A stretch of DNA of 64,000 bases, taken from the NCBI GenBank assembly GCA_963675595.2, contig CAXXLZ010000002.1, forward strand, positions 1,088,001 to 1,152,000. The letters run 5' to 3'. The stretch comes from Thermodesulfobacteriota bacterium. GTDB taxonomy: Bacteria > Desulfobacterota > Desulfarculia > JACQYL01. The notes beneath the pieces are model-generated. The model was given only the letters and a program-made list of their open reading frames with translations, had not been told where the DNA came from and made no database searches. Positions 27,424 through 37,902 of the stretch are shown piece by piece; the stretch's first letter is position 1, and the number at the start of each line of letters is the position of its first letter. A program made the translations under genes and the position numbers.

Positions 27424-27921
27424 CTATGCCAGATGGGTGGGAAGCGTGTATCTTTTTGCCGGGTTCCTGATGGCGATCACATGGCAATGGGCGTACTTGG
27501 ACACGTTGGCCACGGTGCTGCCGTGTTCGATCCGTTCCGATTCGGCCTTGCCCAAAGTGCCCATGACGATGGCATCGATGTCGTGCTTCCTCGCGTATCT
27601 TACGATTTCCACGTCGGGTGATCCGCACTTCACCACATAAACATGGTTCGGAAATCCCTCCAGCTTCGGCGCGTACTCCAGTCTTAACGCGTCTTCCGCC
27701 GCCTTTTGCACTTCTTCGCCGAAAAAGGCCTCACCACCGGGAGCCTCAACAGGAACATGCTCGTCCACAACGTGCCGCATGTAGGAATAGGACGAATGAG
27801 GCACATGTAGGATATGCAGACGGGCCCCATATTTTCGGGCCAGATCCAATGCGTGGTGGAAGGCGATATTGGCGTCTTCCGAGAAGTCGGTGCAAAACAG
27901 AATATTTTTGTATTCGACCAC
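27424..27921 (-). CDS. Universal stress protein
   Basis: YKNILFCTDFS, IVMGTLG...GSTVANV. Confidence 0.9.
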   Translation of the reverse strand: MVEYKNILFCTDFSEDANIAFHHALDLARKYGARLHILHVPHSSYSYMRHVVDEHVPVEAPGGEAFFGEEVQKAAEDALRLEYAPKLEGFPNHVYVVKCGSPDVEIVRYARKHDIDAIVMGTLGKAESERIEHGSTVANVSKYAHCHVIAIRNPAKRYTLPTHLA

Positions 27922-28039
27922 GTTGTTCTCCTTTTGATCGGCGTCGGACTACCGCAACACGACGGACACCGTATCGCACCATGTTCGTACACGAGTTGGC
28001 CCCGTGAACTCTCCCCGGACCCCAACCGCGCCCATGGGG

Positions 28040-29188
28040 TCAATCTTGGGCCTGGAACGGGATTCGCATGGTGAATAGGGTCCCCTTTCCGGGTTTCGAC
28101 TCGAATTCGATCGTTCCCCCGAGGCCATCAACGATCCTGCGCGTCATCATGAGTCCGAGCCCCGTGCCTTTGCTCCCTTTGGTGGTGAAGAAACCCTTGA
28201 ACACTTGGGCCTGCGTGTCGGCGTCCATCCCTTTGCCGCTGTCCTCCACCTGATATTGGATGCCGTCGGCTTCATACATGGAACGAATCACGATGCTTCC
28301 TCCGCCGTCCGTGAAGTCTTTTTCAGTGCACGCATCCAGTGCGTTGGTCACCAAGTCCAGCAAACACCGATGGACCGACTCGTAGTCCATCAGACAAGGT
28401 TGCGCATCGGGATCCGGTTCAAGCTCCAACTTCACTCCACATTCCGAGCACCGAGACGCCGTTAGTTCCGCCACCTCCCTGCACGGCAGGTTCGGATCGC
28501 ACGTTGTGTAATGGGGTTTCCAGGGTTTGGCGAAGTTCAGAAGGTCCATGGACAAGGCCTTGATTCGGTTCACGTTGCCCTTGACCATCTGCAGGCCTTT
28601 GTGAAGGTATTCCTGATTGTCGAGTTCCAGGCCCTTTTCCAGAACATAGATTCCGCCGCCGCACCCACCGGTGATGTTCTTGATGGCATGAGCCAGCCCC
28701 GCCACGGTCTGTCCCACGGCGGCCATACGCTCGGCCTCGATCAGTTGTCGAGTCTTCTCCTCCACGAGCCTCTCAAGCTCTTGGGTATGTTCCCGCAGCT
28801 GGGACTTGAGCCGAATTTTCTCCCATGCTCTATCGAGAGCTACCTCCAGAACCTCATCACCCACGGGTTTGGTGATGAAGTCCGTAGCGTCGTACTTCAG
28901 ACTCCGAATGGCCAGTTCCATGTCTCCGTGTCCGGTGAAAACGATCACTTCGGTTTCCGGCCTTTCGTTCTTGATCCGTTGAAGCAGCTCGATACCGTCC
29001 ATACCCGGCATCTTGATATCCGTCAGCACAATGGCGGGATCGTGACGTCTGAACAGCTCCAGGGCCTGCTCTCCATTTGCCGCCAAAAACACCTCATAGC
29101 CGCGGTCTTCCAGGGCGATCCCCAAGACCGTTCGGATTCCTTCCTCATCATCAACCAACAACAGGCGCTTCAAGAAAGTCTTCGCCAT
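28040..29188 (-). CDS. Hybrid response regulator-histidine kinase
   Basis: N-terminal REC (DIKMP), AHAIKN H-box, N box, DSGKG and FTTKG..GTGLGL. Confidence 0.92.
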   Translation of the reverse strand: MAKTFLKRLLLVDDEEGIRTVLGIALEDRGYEVFLAANGEQALELFRRHDPAIVLTDIKMPGMDGIELLQRIKNERPETEVIVFTGHGDMELAIRSLKYDATDFITKPVGDEVLEVALDRAWEKIRLKSQLREHTQELERLVEEKTRQLIEAERMAAVGQTVAGLAHAIKNITGGCGGGIYVLEKGLELDNQEYLHKGLQMVKGNVNRIKALSMDLLNFAKPWKPHYTTCDPNLPCREVAELTASRCSECGVKLELEPDPDAQPCLMDYESVHRCLLDLVTNALDACTEKDFTDGGGSIVIRSMYEADGIQYQVEDSGKGMDADTQAQVFKGFFTTKGSKGTGLGLMMTRRIVDGLGGTIEFESKPGKGTLFTMRIPFQAQD

Positions 29189-29285
29189 TTGCCTTGAGCC
29201 GTTCCTCGGCGTGAATTCGGTCTGAGCGACCCAGCCGATCTCCGCCTTTAAACAATCCCGATCTCACCCTCACTTCGTCCCTGCT

Positions 29286-31556
29286 TCACGCCCCCACCGC
29301 AATGGGAAAACGGACAATGAACGTGGAACCGACGCCTTCTTCACTTTCCACTCGAATCTCTCCGTTGTAATCCTTCACGATGCCGTAGGAAATGGAAAGG
29401 CCCAAACCCGTTCCCTTTCCCACGCGCTTGGTGGTGAAAAAGGGTTCGAATATCCGATCCACAATGGAGTCGGCAATGCCCCGACCCGTGTCCCGCACCT
29501 CCACGTTCACCATAACGTCTTTGAAATGGGTCTTCAGAAATATCTTTTTTTCTTCACCTTCCCGAGGTCCCTGTTCCCATTTCTCCTCGATGGCGTCCCG
29601 GGCGTTGATCAGCAGATTGATGAATACCTGCTCAAGCCGGTTGGCGTCGGCCAGGATAGGAGGGAGCTTATCGTCGAGATCGAAAACCACTTCGATTTCC
29701 CGCAACTTCAGTTGCTGCTGAAACAACTCCGCAGCCTTTCGGAGAGGGTCGTTCACATCCACTCTTTCTCTCTGGACGTCGGACTTCCTGCCGAATTGCC
29801 TCATGTGATCGATGATGCGCGCCGCTCGATCCACATGGGCGTCTATCTCCTCCATCATGGTGGCCAGTATTTCGGGCTTGACGGGTTCCCGTTTGCTCAT
29901 TTTTCGTCTAAGAAAGCTACTCGCCGTTTTGATCACCGACAAGGGTTGGTTCAGTTCGTGAGCCACACCCGTCGCCATTTCCCCCACGGTGGCCATTTTA
30001 CCGGCCTGGATGAGTTGTTGCTCGGCCATGAGGCGCAACGTCACATCACTGGTAGTCGCCAAAAGAGCGGAGCGCCCGAGGTACTCGGAGGAGGAAACCC
30101 GGATATTCACGTAGATGGCTTTCCCATCCTTGCGAACCTGACGCATTTTGTCCAACGTGCTGGTGAGTTTGAGCCGGGCCGCGGCCCGCTTCCGGTCCTT
30201 CTCATCAAACAAGTCCGTGAAACACGTTCCCGTGAGTTCATCCTTCTCATACCCATATACGGGTGTTACACTTTGGTTGGCGTCCAGAATCCGAAGCGTC
30301 TCCGCATCCAAAACGAATACCGGATTAGGGATGGTGTTGAAGATCGTTCTGTAGTTCTCCTCGGATTTGCGGACCTCCTCTTCCAGTGCCCGCATCCGCG
30401 TAACGTCAAGGCAGATTTCCAGAGCCGCCGTCACTTCGCCCTTGGAATTCTTGATGGGAGACACCCTCACCAGCCAACTGGACTCGCTCCCGTCCTTCTT
30501 CAACCCCATCTCTTCACTATAATGAGGCTCGCCGTCCTCGAAAGTTTGGACCACGGGACAGACCTCGCAGGGTTCGGAGCGTCCCTTGTAGGCTTGATAG
30601 CAGAAGTCCCCCACATTGGGGGAAAACTGATCGGCGAATTCCTTGTTGAATTTGACCAACTTGAGATTCCGATCCTGTACCGTGATGAAGCAAGGGGTCT
30701 GCTCGAACAGCACCTGAAACTCGTCGCGTTGTCTTTTCAGCTCCTCCTGGTTTTCCCGGATTCGAGTTCCCATGGCGTTTACCGCATAAGCCAGTTGACC
30801 GATCTCGTCGTCCCGCTCAATGTCCCTCGCATAATCATAGACCCCGGCCCCGATACACTGAGTCCATTGGATCAGCTTGCGGATGGGCCGGTTCACGTAC
30901 CGGGTCAAAAACAGCGCGATGCTGCCGGCGCTTCCCAGGAACAAAAGAAGCAACAACGCGGCGATTCCTCTTTCCTGGGCCCGGATTTCCCCGCGAACCT
31001 GGTCCATGGACACCACCACATCCAGAATGCCAAGAACCTTCTTCTCAGGGGGATGAACATGACAGGCCTGCGAACAGCCCGGTTCGTTATAAATGGGACT
31101 GATCACGCCCATAAACCCTTTTCCGTCCGGTGTCTCGAACACTCGAACTCGCTCTTCCAGAGTCAAGGCCGTTTTGGGTCGTTCTCCGGCGTGGCAGACT
31201 TTACAGGTTTCGGAGTTCAGGTCGCGCGCTTGATCGAGCTCCGTTGAATCGCCGGAAAACTTGATACGCCCTTGCTTATTGAAGATCCGAACCTCCTCGA
31301 TACCCTCCTGCGTCACCACATTGTTGATGATCCGGTTAAGATCGTTTCTTGAATTCAACATCATGGCGTAATGCGTCCCAAGTCGGATCGTGTTGCTCAA
31401 TCGGTCGACCTCGGAAGTCATGTTACGGTAGGCTTTCATTTTTTGGACGTCCAGGGTGTAGTAGCCCCAGAACGAAATGCAAACCAGGAGAATCAGCCCC
31501 ACGCAGAAGCTGAGGCGAAAACCCAATGTGCCGAACAAGGGGAAGAAACGGGCCAT
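29286..31556 (-). CDS. Membrane sensor histidine kinase with periplasmic heme c motif, HAMP and PAS domains
   Basis: Two TM helices, CKVCH and CSQACH in periplasmic part, DDEIGQLA HAMP, HELNQP H-box, GTGLGL. Confidence 0.92.
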   Translation of the reverse strand: MARFFPLFGTLGFRLSFCVGLILLVCISFWGYYTLDVQKMKAYRNMTSEVDRLSNTIRLGTHYAMMLNSRNDLNRIINNVVTQEGIEEVRIFNKQGRIKFSGDSTELDQARDLNSETCKVCHAGERPKTALTLEERVRVFETPDGKGFMGVISPIYNEPGCSQACHVHPPEKKVLGILDVVVSMDQVRGEIRAQERGIAALLLLLFLGSAGSIALFLTRYVNRPIRKLIQWTQCIGAGVYDYARDIERDDEIGQLAYAVNAMGTRIRENQEELKRQRDEFQVLFEQTPCFITVQDRNLKLVKFNKEFADQFSPNVGDFCYQAYKGRSEPCEVCPVVQTFEDGEPHYSEEMGLKKDGSESSWLVRVSPIKNSKGEVTAALEICLDVTRMRALEEEVRKSEENYRTIFNTIPNPVFVLDAETLRILDANQSVTPVYGYEKDELTGTCFTDLFDEKDRKRAAARLKLTSTLDKMRQVRKDGKAIYVNIRVSSSEYLGRSALLATTSDVTLRLMAEQQLIQAGKMATVGEMATGVAHELNQPLSVIKTASSFLRRKMSKREPVKPEILATMMEEIDAHVDRAARIIDHMRQFGRKSDVQRERVDVNDPLRKAAELFQQQLKLREIEVVFDLDDKLPPILADANRLEQVFINLLINARDAIEEKWEQGPREGEEKKIFLKTHFKDVMVNVEVRDTGRGIADSIVDRIFEPFFTTKRVGKGTGLGLSISYGIVKDYNGEIRVESEEGVGSTFIVRFPIAVGA

Positions 31557-31792
31557 GGTATTCCGTCGATCGGAGAACGTCCGTTAGCGAGCAGGCTCCT
31601 GAGACTTTGGTCGGCGTTCCGGAACGGCAATTTCACTTCGCATCCGTTCAAGCGTTTTCTCGGCCTCCGGAGGAAGCGTCCGGCCGACTCGAAGCGCCTG
31701 TCGATACACGACGAATCCGAAACAAGACCAAGGCACGAACCGGCCTCTCAAGTCCACTCTTCCGGATCCTTAACATGATTTCCCCAGGGTCG

Positions 31793-33070
31793 CTACTCTT
31801 CGTCCTCTTCCTGCGGAATCATGTGCTCCGGAACGTCCATGAGTTCCACGATCGCTTCCTTGAAGTGGATCGCCTTGATGCCCAGATCGTACTCCTTATT
31901 CAAATCCCGAATCTGGTCGATGCAGTTGTGGCAAGGTACGAAAACGATCTTCGCTCCCGTCGCCCGAATCTGTTCCGCCTTGATCTTCCCGCTCTTCAAG
32001 CGGTGCTTTCGCATTTCACCGCCCATGGGCATGGCTCCGCCGCCTCCGCCGCAGCACCAGTTATAGTAGCCCTGGTGCTCCATAGGGCGAAAGTCCTCGG
32101 ACAGCATCTCAGCCAGTTCCCGATTCTTTTGCGCAAGACCGCCGCTGCGAATCACGTTGCAGGGGTCCTGAACCGTGGTGGGCTCTTTGATTTTGTGCTT
32201 GAGCTTGATGCGGCCCTCTTTGAGGTAGCCGTGAAACAGTTCGACGGAATGGATCACTTCCTGTTTGGGAGTGTATCCCAGCCAAGTGGGCGCTTCGAAT
32301 TTGAGGGCCCGGAATGCGTGCCCGCATTCCGTCACCGCGACCTGTTGAACGCCCAATTCTTCCGCGCGCTGGAACGTGTTCTCCACGATGGTTTTCGCAG
32401 TCTTCACGTCTCCGCAGAACATGGGAAGATTGGTGTCGTCCCAGCCCTTCTTCGACGGAAGCGTGTAATCCTCCCCGGCAACGTGAAAGATCTTGGAGAC
32501 TTCCATGATATCTTGGGGATAGAACATGGGCTCCCGGGCGTTCACCGTGTACATGATCTTGGCCCCTTGCTTGTCGATGGGTATGGTGACCCCCAACAAT
32601 TCTTCCGCGGTCTCCTCCTCACACCACTCCAGCGTATCGACCCAGTCCTCGTCCGTCACCGCCATTTGGTTGCCGAATTCCCGGTAGTTTTCTCCCGCCT
32701 TCAACAGCCCCTCCGGGGCTTTTCCCTTGGAAAAGAGGAAAGCTCTCAAAAGAGCGATCATCAGGGCGATGTCGATGCCGAAAGGACAATACAATGCGCA
32801 TCGACGGCACATATTGCATTCGTGATAGATCGTGTCGTAGACCTTCTCGAGGTATTGAGGATCGACCTCGCCCTTCTTTTTGAGCAACTCGCTCAGAAAC
32901 CTCACTTTGTAGGAAGGAATCATTTTCGGGTCGTTTCCCGACGCTCGGTAGAAATGGCAGGTATCCGCACACAACCCGCAGTGAGTGCATATCTGCAGCC
33001 AGGTCTTGAAGCGGGCTCCCAGCCTGGGTTTAAGGAATTCCCGGATATCCTCGGCGTTCACGGATTCCAT
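31793..33070 (-). CDS. HmcF/TmcB-like Fe-S protein with CCG domains
   Basis: CTHCGLCADTC, CNMCRRCALYCP, TECGH, DPCN, CCGGGGG, CHNC. Confidence 0.88.
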   Translation of the reverse strand: MESVNAEDIREFLKPRLGARFKTWLQICTHCGLCADTCHFYRASGNDPKMIPSYKVRFLSELLKKKGEVDPQYLEKVYDTIYHECNMCRRCALYCPFGIDIALMIALLRAFLFSKGKAPEGLLKAGENYREFGNQMAVTDEDWVDTLEWCEEETAEELLGVTIPIDKQGAKIMYTVNAREPMFYPQDIMEVSKIFHVAGEDYTLPSKKGWDDTNLPMFCGDVKTAKTIVENTFQRAEELGVQQVAVTECGHAFRALKFEAPTWLGYTPKQEVIHSVELFHGYLKEGRIKLKHKIKEPTTVQDPCNVIRSGGLAQKNRELAEMLSEDFRPMEHQGYYNWCCGGGGGAMPMGGEMRKHRLKSGKIKAEQIRATGAKIVFVPCHNCIDQIRDLNKEYDLGIKAIHFKEAIVELMDVPEHMIPQEEDEE

Positions 33071-33144
33071 TCTATGTGGTCCCCCGTATCTGAGATGGTT
33101 CTCTTTTCAATCAGGCATGACTCTCGGATCGAGCGATTTTCAGC

Positions 33145-33810
33145 CTAAATCGTGTACCCGCGCCTGCCGAATTCCACGGCCGAAGCGGCCCTGGAAAAGA
33201 AGAACAGAATGAAATGGGACAATTTGGTGAACGGAATGAGAATCAACATCAGTTCACCCGAAAGCATATGGAGCAGCTGCATGTGGTCCCCGAAAAAAGG
33301 AACGTCCTGCATGGTGCCGTGCGTGGTGAAATATCCGGTCACGTACGGGAGGAGGACCACGACCAGTAACAGGTAATCCGAAAACGAGGAAATCAAACGA
33401 ACGCTCGGGGACAGCAGTCGTCTCAGCAGGAAGAAAATCCCGATACCGATCACAAAGATCGTCATCCAATCCGCCCACCCGTCCGGAAGCGGTGTCCAGT
33501 ACCATTCAAAACGAGACATCTCCCAGAGCGTGATATGCCCCGACAGCCACACGGGCACAACGATCAGGCACACGTGAAAGATATAGCCCGCGATGGTGAA
33601 CACCGGGTTCTTGATCACGGTTTTGTTGAGAGGAAGAAGCCAGCGGCCCAAGGTGCCGAAAACGAATTTCCAGCGAAAGTGCCGGTACATGATCTTGTCT
33701 TTGGTCACCGATTCGGAAAAGAACAGGACGATCCTGATCAGGCTTCCGATAATGAAGGTGAGCATTGCGACCCAAAGGAGGGGACCTTCCACGAAATAGA
33801 AGAAGTCCAT
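33145..33810 (-). CDS. NarI-like cytochrome b membrane subunit (HmcE/TmcC-like)
   Basis: FVEGPL, IFHVC..GH, LHMLSGE, IPFTKLSH heme-ligand motifs; upstream of the Fe-S partner. Confidence 0.88.
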   Translation of the reverse strand: MDFFYFVEGPLLWVAMLTFIIGSLIRIVLFFSESVTKDKIMYRHFRWKFVFGTLGRWLLPLNKTVIKNPVFTIAGYIFHVCLIVVPVWLSGHITLWEMSRFEWYWTPLPDGWADWMTIFVIGIGIFFLLRRLLSPSVRLISSFSDYLLLVVVLLPYVTGYFTTHGTMQDVPFFGDHMQLLHMLSGELMLILIPFTKLSHFILFFFSRAASAVEFGRRGYTI

Positions 33811-34374
33811 GATCCGATCGATCTCCTTTCACCTGGTGGTTTTGCTGCAGCCCGACGGAGCCGGGTTGACCTCGGAATGCAATTCTCATACCGAGCTCAA
33901 ATCCACAACTTATCACGTAATTTCAATCTGTTATACATTCCAGCCGACACGGCCTCTCCCCCTAAGGACGGGGCATATCTCCCCATCCCGGAAATGCGAC
34001 TCCGGCTCATCGCTCGCCAAAAATGGACGGTGGGTACGGGACGATGGAAAACAATCACATGGAAGGCGTGAAAATCTTTAGGAATGATAAACAAATAGAG
34101 CACATCCCACCGACCTGGGATGGGGCGTGGCGCCCCGGAACGCGTTTCCCAACAACCTGTCACGGGACGATTTTGGCTCCTTCCCCTGCGTTTGGGTAAG
34201 ATCATCCCATACGTTACTTTTATCCCCGGTTGAAATCCATCGGTGAAAATTTTCATTTGCCGGCCCCTGCTTGTGCGGTCTTCGCCCCGCTGAAGCGTGA
34301 CGAAGCCGAACCGGGGAATTCCTTGGCCGATTCAGGAGATGGGGGGATCGTTGGAGATATGTGAGGAGACGAAC

Positions 34375-34456
34375 TTCTCCGCCGAAGGCGCTGATGCCTT
34401 TTGGAGGCGCCTTGGATGGGGGTTCGGGGGAAGACTTTCGCGAAAGTCTTCCCCCG
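34375..34456. repeat. Family B-like repeat in the host region
   Basis: CTCCGCCGAAGGCG...GGGGGTT followed by the palindrome CGGGGGAAGACTTTCGCGAAAGTCTTCCCCCG. Confidence 0.7.
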
Positions 34457-34613
34457 TGAATGCATACAATGTTTCTTTTCGAGCGGGCTCTTCAGACGTG
34501 GTGAGACTTGTCGAGAAACACTGGAAGATTGGAAGCGGCGCCCGATGGGCAGGGTTCGGCGAGCTCCACCGAGTGAACGGACGCTTGGGAGGTCACACCG
34601 TGGAACCGTTTCA

Positions 34614-35471
34614 TCAATACATGACCACCCCTCCGTCCACATTGATGGCTTGGCCCGTAATGAACTCGGATTCCCTTGAGGAGAGAAAGCAAACCAGATC
34701 GGCTACTTCCGAAGGACACCCGAAGCGGGCTTTGGGTATCTGGCTCAGGAGAATGCGCTTTTCCTTCGCCGAATCGATGCCCAACAGGCGGGCTCCGCTT
34801 TCGAAGACCCCGTCTTTTCCTTCAAGGATATGGGTTTGGATGTATCCCGGACACACCACGTTCACGTTGATCCCTTGCGAAGCCCACTCTTGTGCCATCA
34901 CTCTGCTCATGCCGATGATCGCCGACTTTGCCGCCGAATAGGCCCCGCAGAAAAGGCTTCCCACCTTACCCAGTATGGAGGAAATCTGTATGATCCTGCC
35001 GCCCTCTCCTTGTTCGCCCATGATACGAGCTGCGGCCTTGGAGCACAGGAAGCACCCTTTGACCATGACGCGATACGAAAGGTCGAACACCTTTTCATCC
35101 ATATCCTGCATGGGTTGTAGGATACACGCCCCCGCATTGTTCACAAGCACGTCGATACGGCCGAAATGCTCCAAAGCGGCCTGCATGACCCGTTCGACCT
35201 CATCCGCCCTTCCAACGTCGGCCGCCACCCCCAAAGCCTCGTAGCCTTTCTCTCGGAATCTCCGGACGGTACTCTCAAGCTCTTCCTTGGTTGCCGGAAC
35301 ATAATCGGGATATTCCTCCAAAGGTCTCGTAACATCCACCAGAACGACTCGGGCCCCCTCCTCGGCCAAACGTTCCGCCACAGCCGCTCCGATTCCGGGC
35401 ATGCTCGGCCCGTCGGGATCACCTCGTCCCGCACCCGTAATAATCGCCGTTTTTCCAGCTAATCGGCCCAT
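34614..35471 (-). CDS. Short-chain dehydrogenase/reductase
   Basis: TGAGRG...GIG, NNAG, YSAAK, VCPG, INVDGG. Confidence 0.92.
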   Translation of the reverse strand: MGRLAGKTAIITGAGRGDPDGPSMPGIGAAVAERLAEEGARVVLVDVTRPLEEYPDYVPATKEELESTVRRFREKGYEALGVAADVGRADEVERVMQAALEHFGRIDVLVNNAGACILQPMQDMDEKVFDLSYRVMVKGCFLCSKAAARIMGEQGEGGRIIQISSILGKVGSLFCGAYSAAKSAIIGMSRVMAQEWASQGINVNVVCPGYIQTHILEGKDGVFESGARLLGIDSAKEKRILLSQIPKARFGCPSEVADLVCFLSSRESEFITGQAINVDGGVVMY

Positions 35472-36096
35472 AGTCTTCATCCTCCACTGGTGGAATTTCT
35501 CCAATTTCGGAAACGTTTCACGCCGCAGAAGCCATTGTCCCTTCTTCACAAGCTTCCCCGGTACACAAGAAAAACAAAAACGGCCGTCGACCGTTTCATT
35601 GCGACCCTACTCCGCTGCCGTTTCATGGTCAAAGGATTTCAGACGCACGCTCTCCGTAACGACGGATCACTTGAACGGAATATCCAAAATCGCCGGCAAG
35701 TCCCTTCCTACGGCCTTCCCCGATAGAACGCCTCCCCATGGGAGGATTCCGCCGTGTCGAAGGTCGTCTGGGACGCGGCCCCCCTTCCTTTCCAGCCGGC
35801 CGCGAACTCTCCGCTCAATTGAAGGTATTTCCTGCCGTTCAGGTGCCTGGACTGGATTAGATATACGTGTGTTCCGGCCACTCATCTCGACAGTGCACCG
35901 GCAGCACACTCGAAGCTCTCGGCTTCGGGGCCGCCGGCCCAAGGCCGCTAACCGCGGCTCGAACGTTCTTGGAAGAGGTTGAGGTCCGCCTGTGGCGGAT
36001 ATGGAAGGCCCCCCCAAATCACGTCCCATGAATTCCGTGTTCGGGGAGAGAAGAATAAGGTGGGCGCCGGGCAGGCCGGAAATATCCGAGTCGGAT

Positions 36097-37647
36097 TCAC
36101 GACACCGCGACCCGGTTTCTACCGGTTGATTTTGCGTGATATAGCGCATTATCCGCTCGTTGGATCACTTGTTCGGCTCCGGCGTCTTCAGGTTTGATCT
36201 CGGTGAGACCCAGAGAAATAGTCACCGGCACCGTCTCACCCTTGACCGTGAATTTGGTGCCTTCTATCTCCTTACGGAGCTTCTCCCCGACTTCTCGGCC
36301 CTGGGCGGCCCGTGTCTCAGGGAGTAAAACAACGAATTCCTCGCCCCCGTACCGAGCCAACGAGTCACTCTCCCGGATGACTTTTGCCAGCCTGCGAACC
36401 AATTCGATCAGGCAGTTGTCCCCGATGAAATGGCCATACATATCGTTAATCTTCTTGAAATGGTCCACATCCACCATAATCAGGGAGAATATCCTATGAT
36501 AGCGATAGAAACGGCTGATTTCGTCCCCAAGTCGCTCCAGCAGCCCGAGTCGATTCAGGGCCCCGGTCAACGGATCTCTTTGTATCCTGGTGGAGAGGGT
36601 TTTGTTTTCCTCTTCAACACAACGCACATGGTCCTCCAAAACACAAAACTCACGCCTCAAACCCTCCAATTCGCTTCTCGTGGCTCGCAGCCTTACCTCA
36701 TCCTGCGCACGCTTCTTGTTCACCATTTCTTTGATCGTATTCAGCCTGGTCACCACGACTCCCTTTAATTCGGCCAATTGCAGAGAATTGGAGGCCGCCA
36801 TGCCCATATCGTCCGCTTCGGCGACAACCTGTTTGAAAAAGGCGTCGTTGGCCTGGTGAACCACGTTGGAATGCTCCCACCCCGCAGTGAAATGTTTCTC
36901 CAACTCCGAGAGATGCAAAAGCACTTCCGAAATAAAAGTAGCGGCCTGCCGCCGTTCCTGAAACACCTGTTCCGAATAGCGCGTCACCAGACTTTCTATT
37001 TCCGGCCTCAAGGACGACAGCTGTGCCTCATCTCCGGACAGGGTCACTGTCCTCCGCAAGGACCGTATTCGCCGTACGTACTCCTCGTCCAAATCCAGAT
37101 GTAGTCGGTCCAAGAGCAGGAGATAGAGCTGCTTGGCCTCTCCAAGCCATGAATCCACCCCTGCCTCTGAGCGCGCTTCATCGCCGTCCTCATGATCCGA
37201 CTTCAAAGGCGTTGTGACGAGTCCCCCGGTTCGGGTCAGTCGTTCCATTTGATTCACGTTGCGGCAAGCCTGGTTTAGGTAGGCCAGCGCGGCTTCAAGC
37301 TCTATAAGGTCGGCTCCGTTGATCAGTTCCTTCTTCAGGTTCTTCAGTGCCTGATCCAGCATTTCTCCTCGGGGAAGAGAGGTTGAATTGATGACCGTGA
37401 CCAGCGCCGCTTTTAAAAAGTCCGCCAATTCGTCGGCTCCGTACTCCTGATCCGGATGCCTCGCCGCAGTCGTCTCCCGTTCCGGAAGGATCTTCTCGAA
37501 ACACCGAGTCAAAGCTTCCATCTCTGCAGGCTGGGCCATGTATCGCGAGAGATTCGCTATGTTCAGGCTTTCCCCTTTGGCGGAGAGGTGTCTAAGAATG
37601 TCGATCACGATTTTTGCCGGTTCTTTCAAGGATTCAATATAATCCAT
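36097..37647 (-). CDS. Diguanylate cyclase
   Basis: DPLTG, DVDHFKKINDMYGH, RESD I-site, RYGGEEF. Confidence 0.92.
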   Translation of the reverse strand: MDYIESLKEPAKIVIDILRHLSAKGESLNIANLSRYMAQPAEMEALTRCFEKILPERETTAARHPDQEYGADELADFLKAALVTVINSTSLPRGEMLDQALKNLKKELINGADLIELEAALAYLNQACRNVNQMERLTRTGGLVTTPLKSDHEDGDEARSEAGVDSWLGEAKQLYLLLLDRLHLDLDEEYVRRIRSLRRTVTLSGDEAQLSSLRPEIESLVTRYSEQVFQERRQAATFISEVLLHLSELEKHFTAGWEHSNVVHQANDAFFKQVVAEADDMGMAASNSLQLAELKGVVVTRLNTIKEMVNKKRAQDEVRLRATRSELEGLRREFCVLEDHVRCVEEENKTLSTRIQRDPLTGALNRLGLLERLGDEISRFYRYHRIFSLIMVDVDHFKKINDMYGHFIGDNCLIELVRRLAKVIRESDSLARYGGEEFVVLLPETRAAQGREVGEKLRKEIEGTKFTVKGETVPVTISLGLTEIKPEDAGAEQVIQRADNALYHAKSTGRNRVAVS

Positions 37648-37902
37648 AGTGCCTCCCATGTCCGATACGAAGCCGGCTCGTCCAATGAGGCCGGTATTCA
37701 CACGCCTTGCGATCTGAAGAGACTATTTGCATCATCGACAAACCAAAGCCCGTTTACCCGTGCCTGATCACCGCATTCCACATACTCTTCATCCCGGAAA
37801 ACGAGCATGCGGAATTTCCCGAATTTCCGGTCCTCCCGACGAATGGGCGAAACCATCCGCTCCCTTTCGAAGTTCATGCACGAGCGTAAGCCCCGATCCT
37901 AC

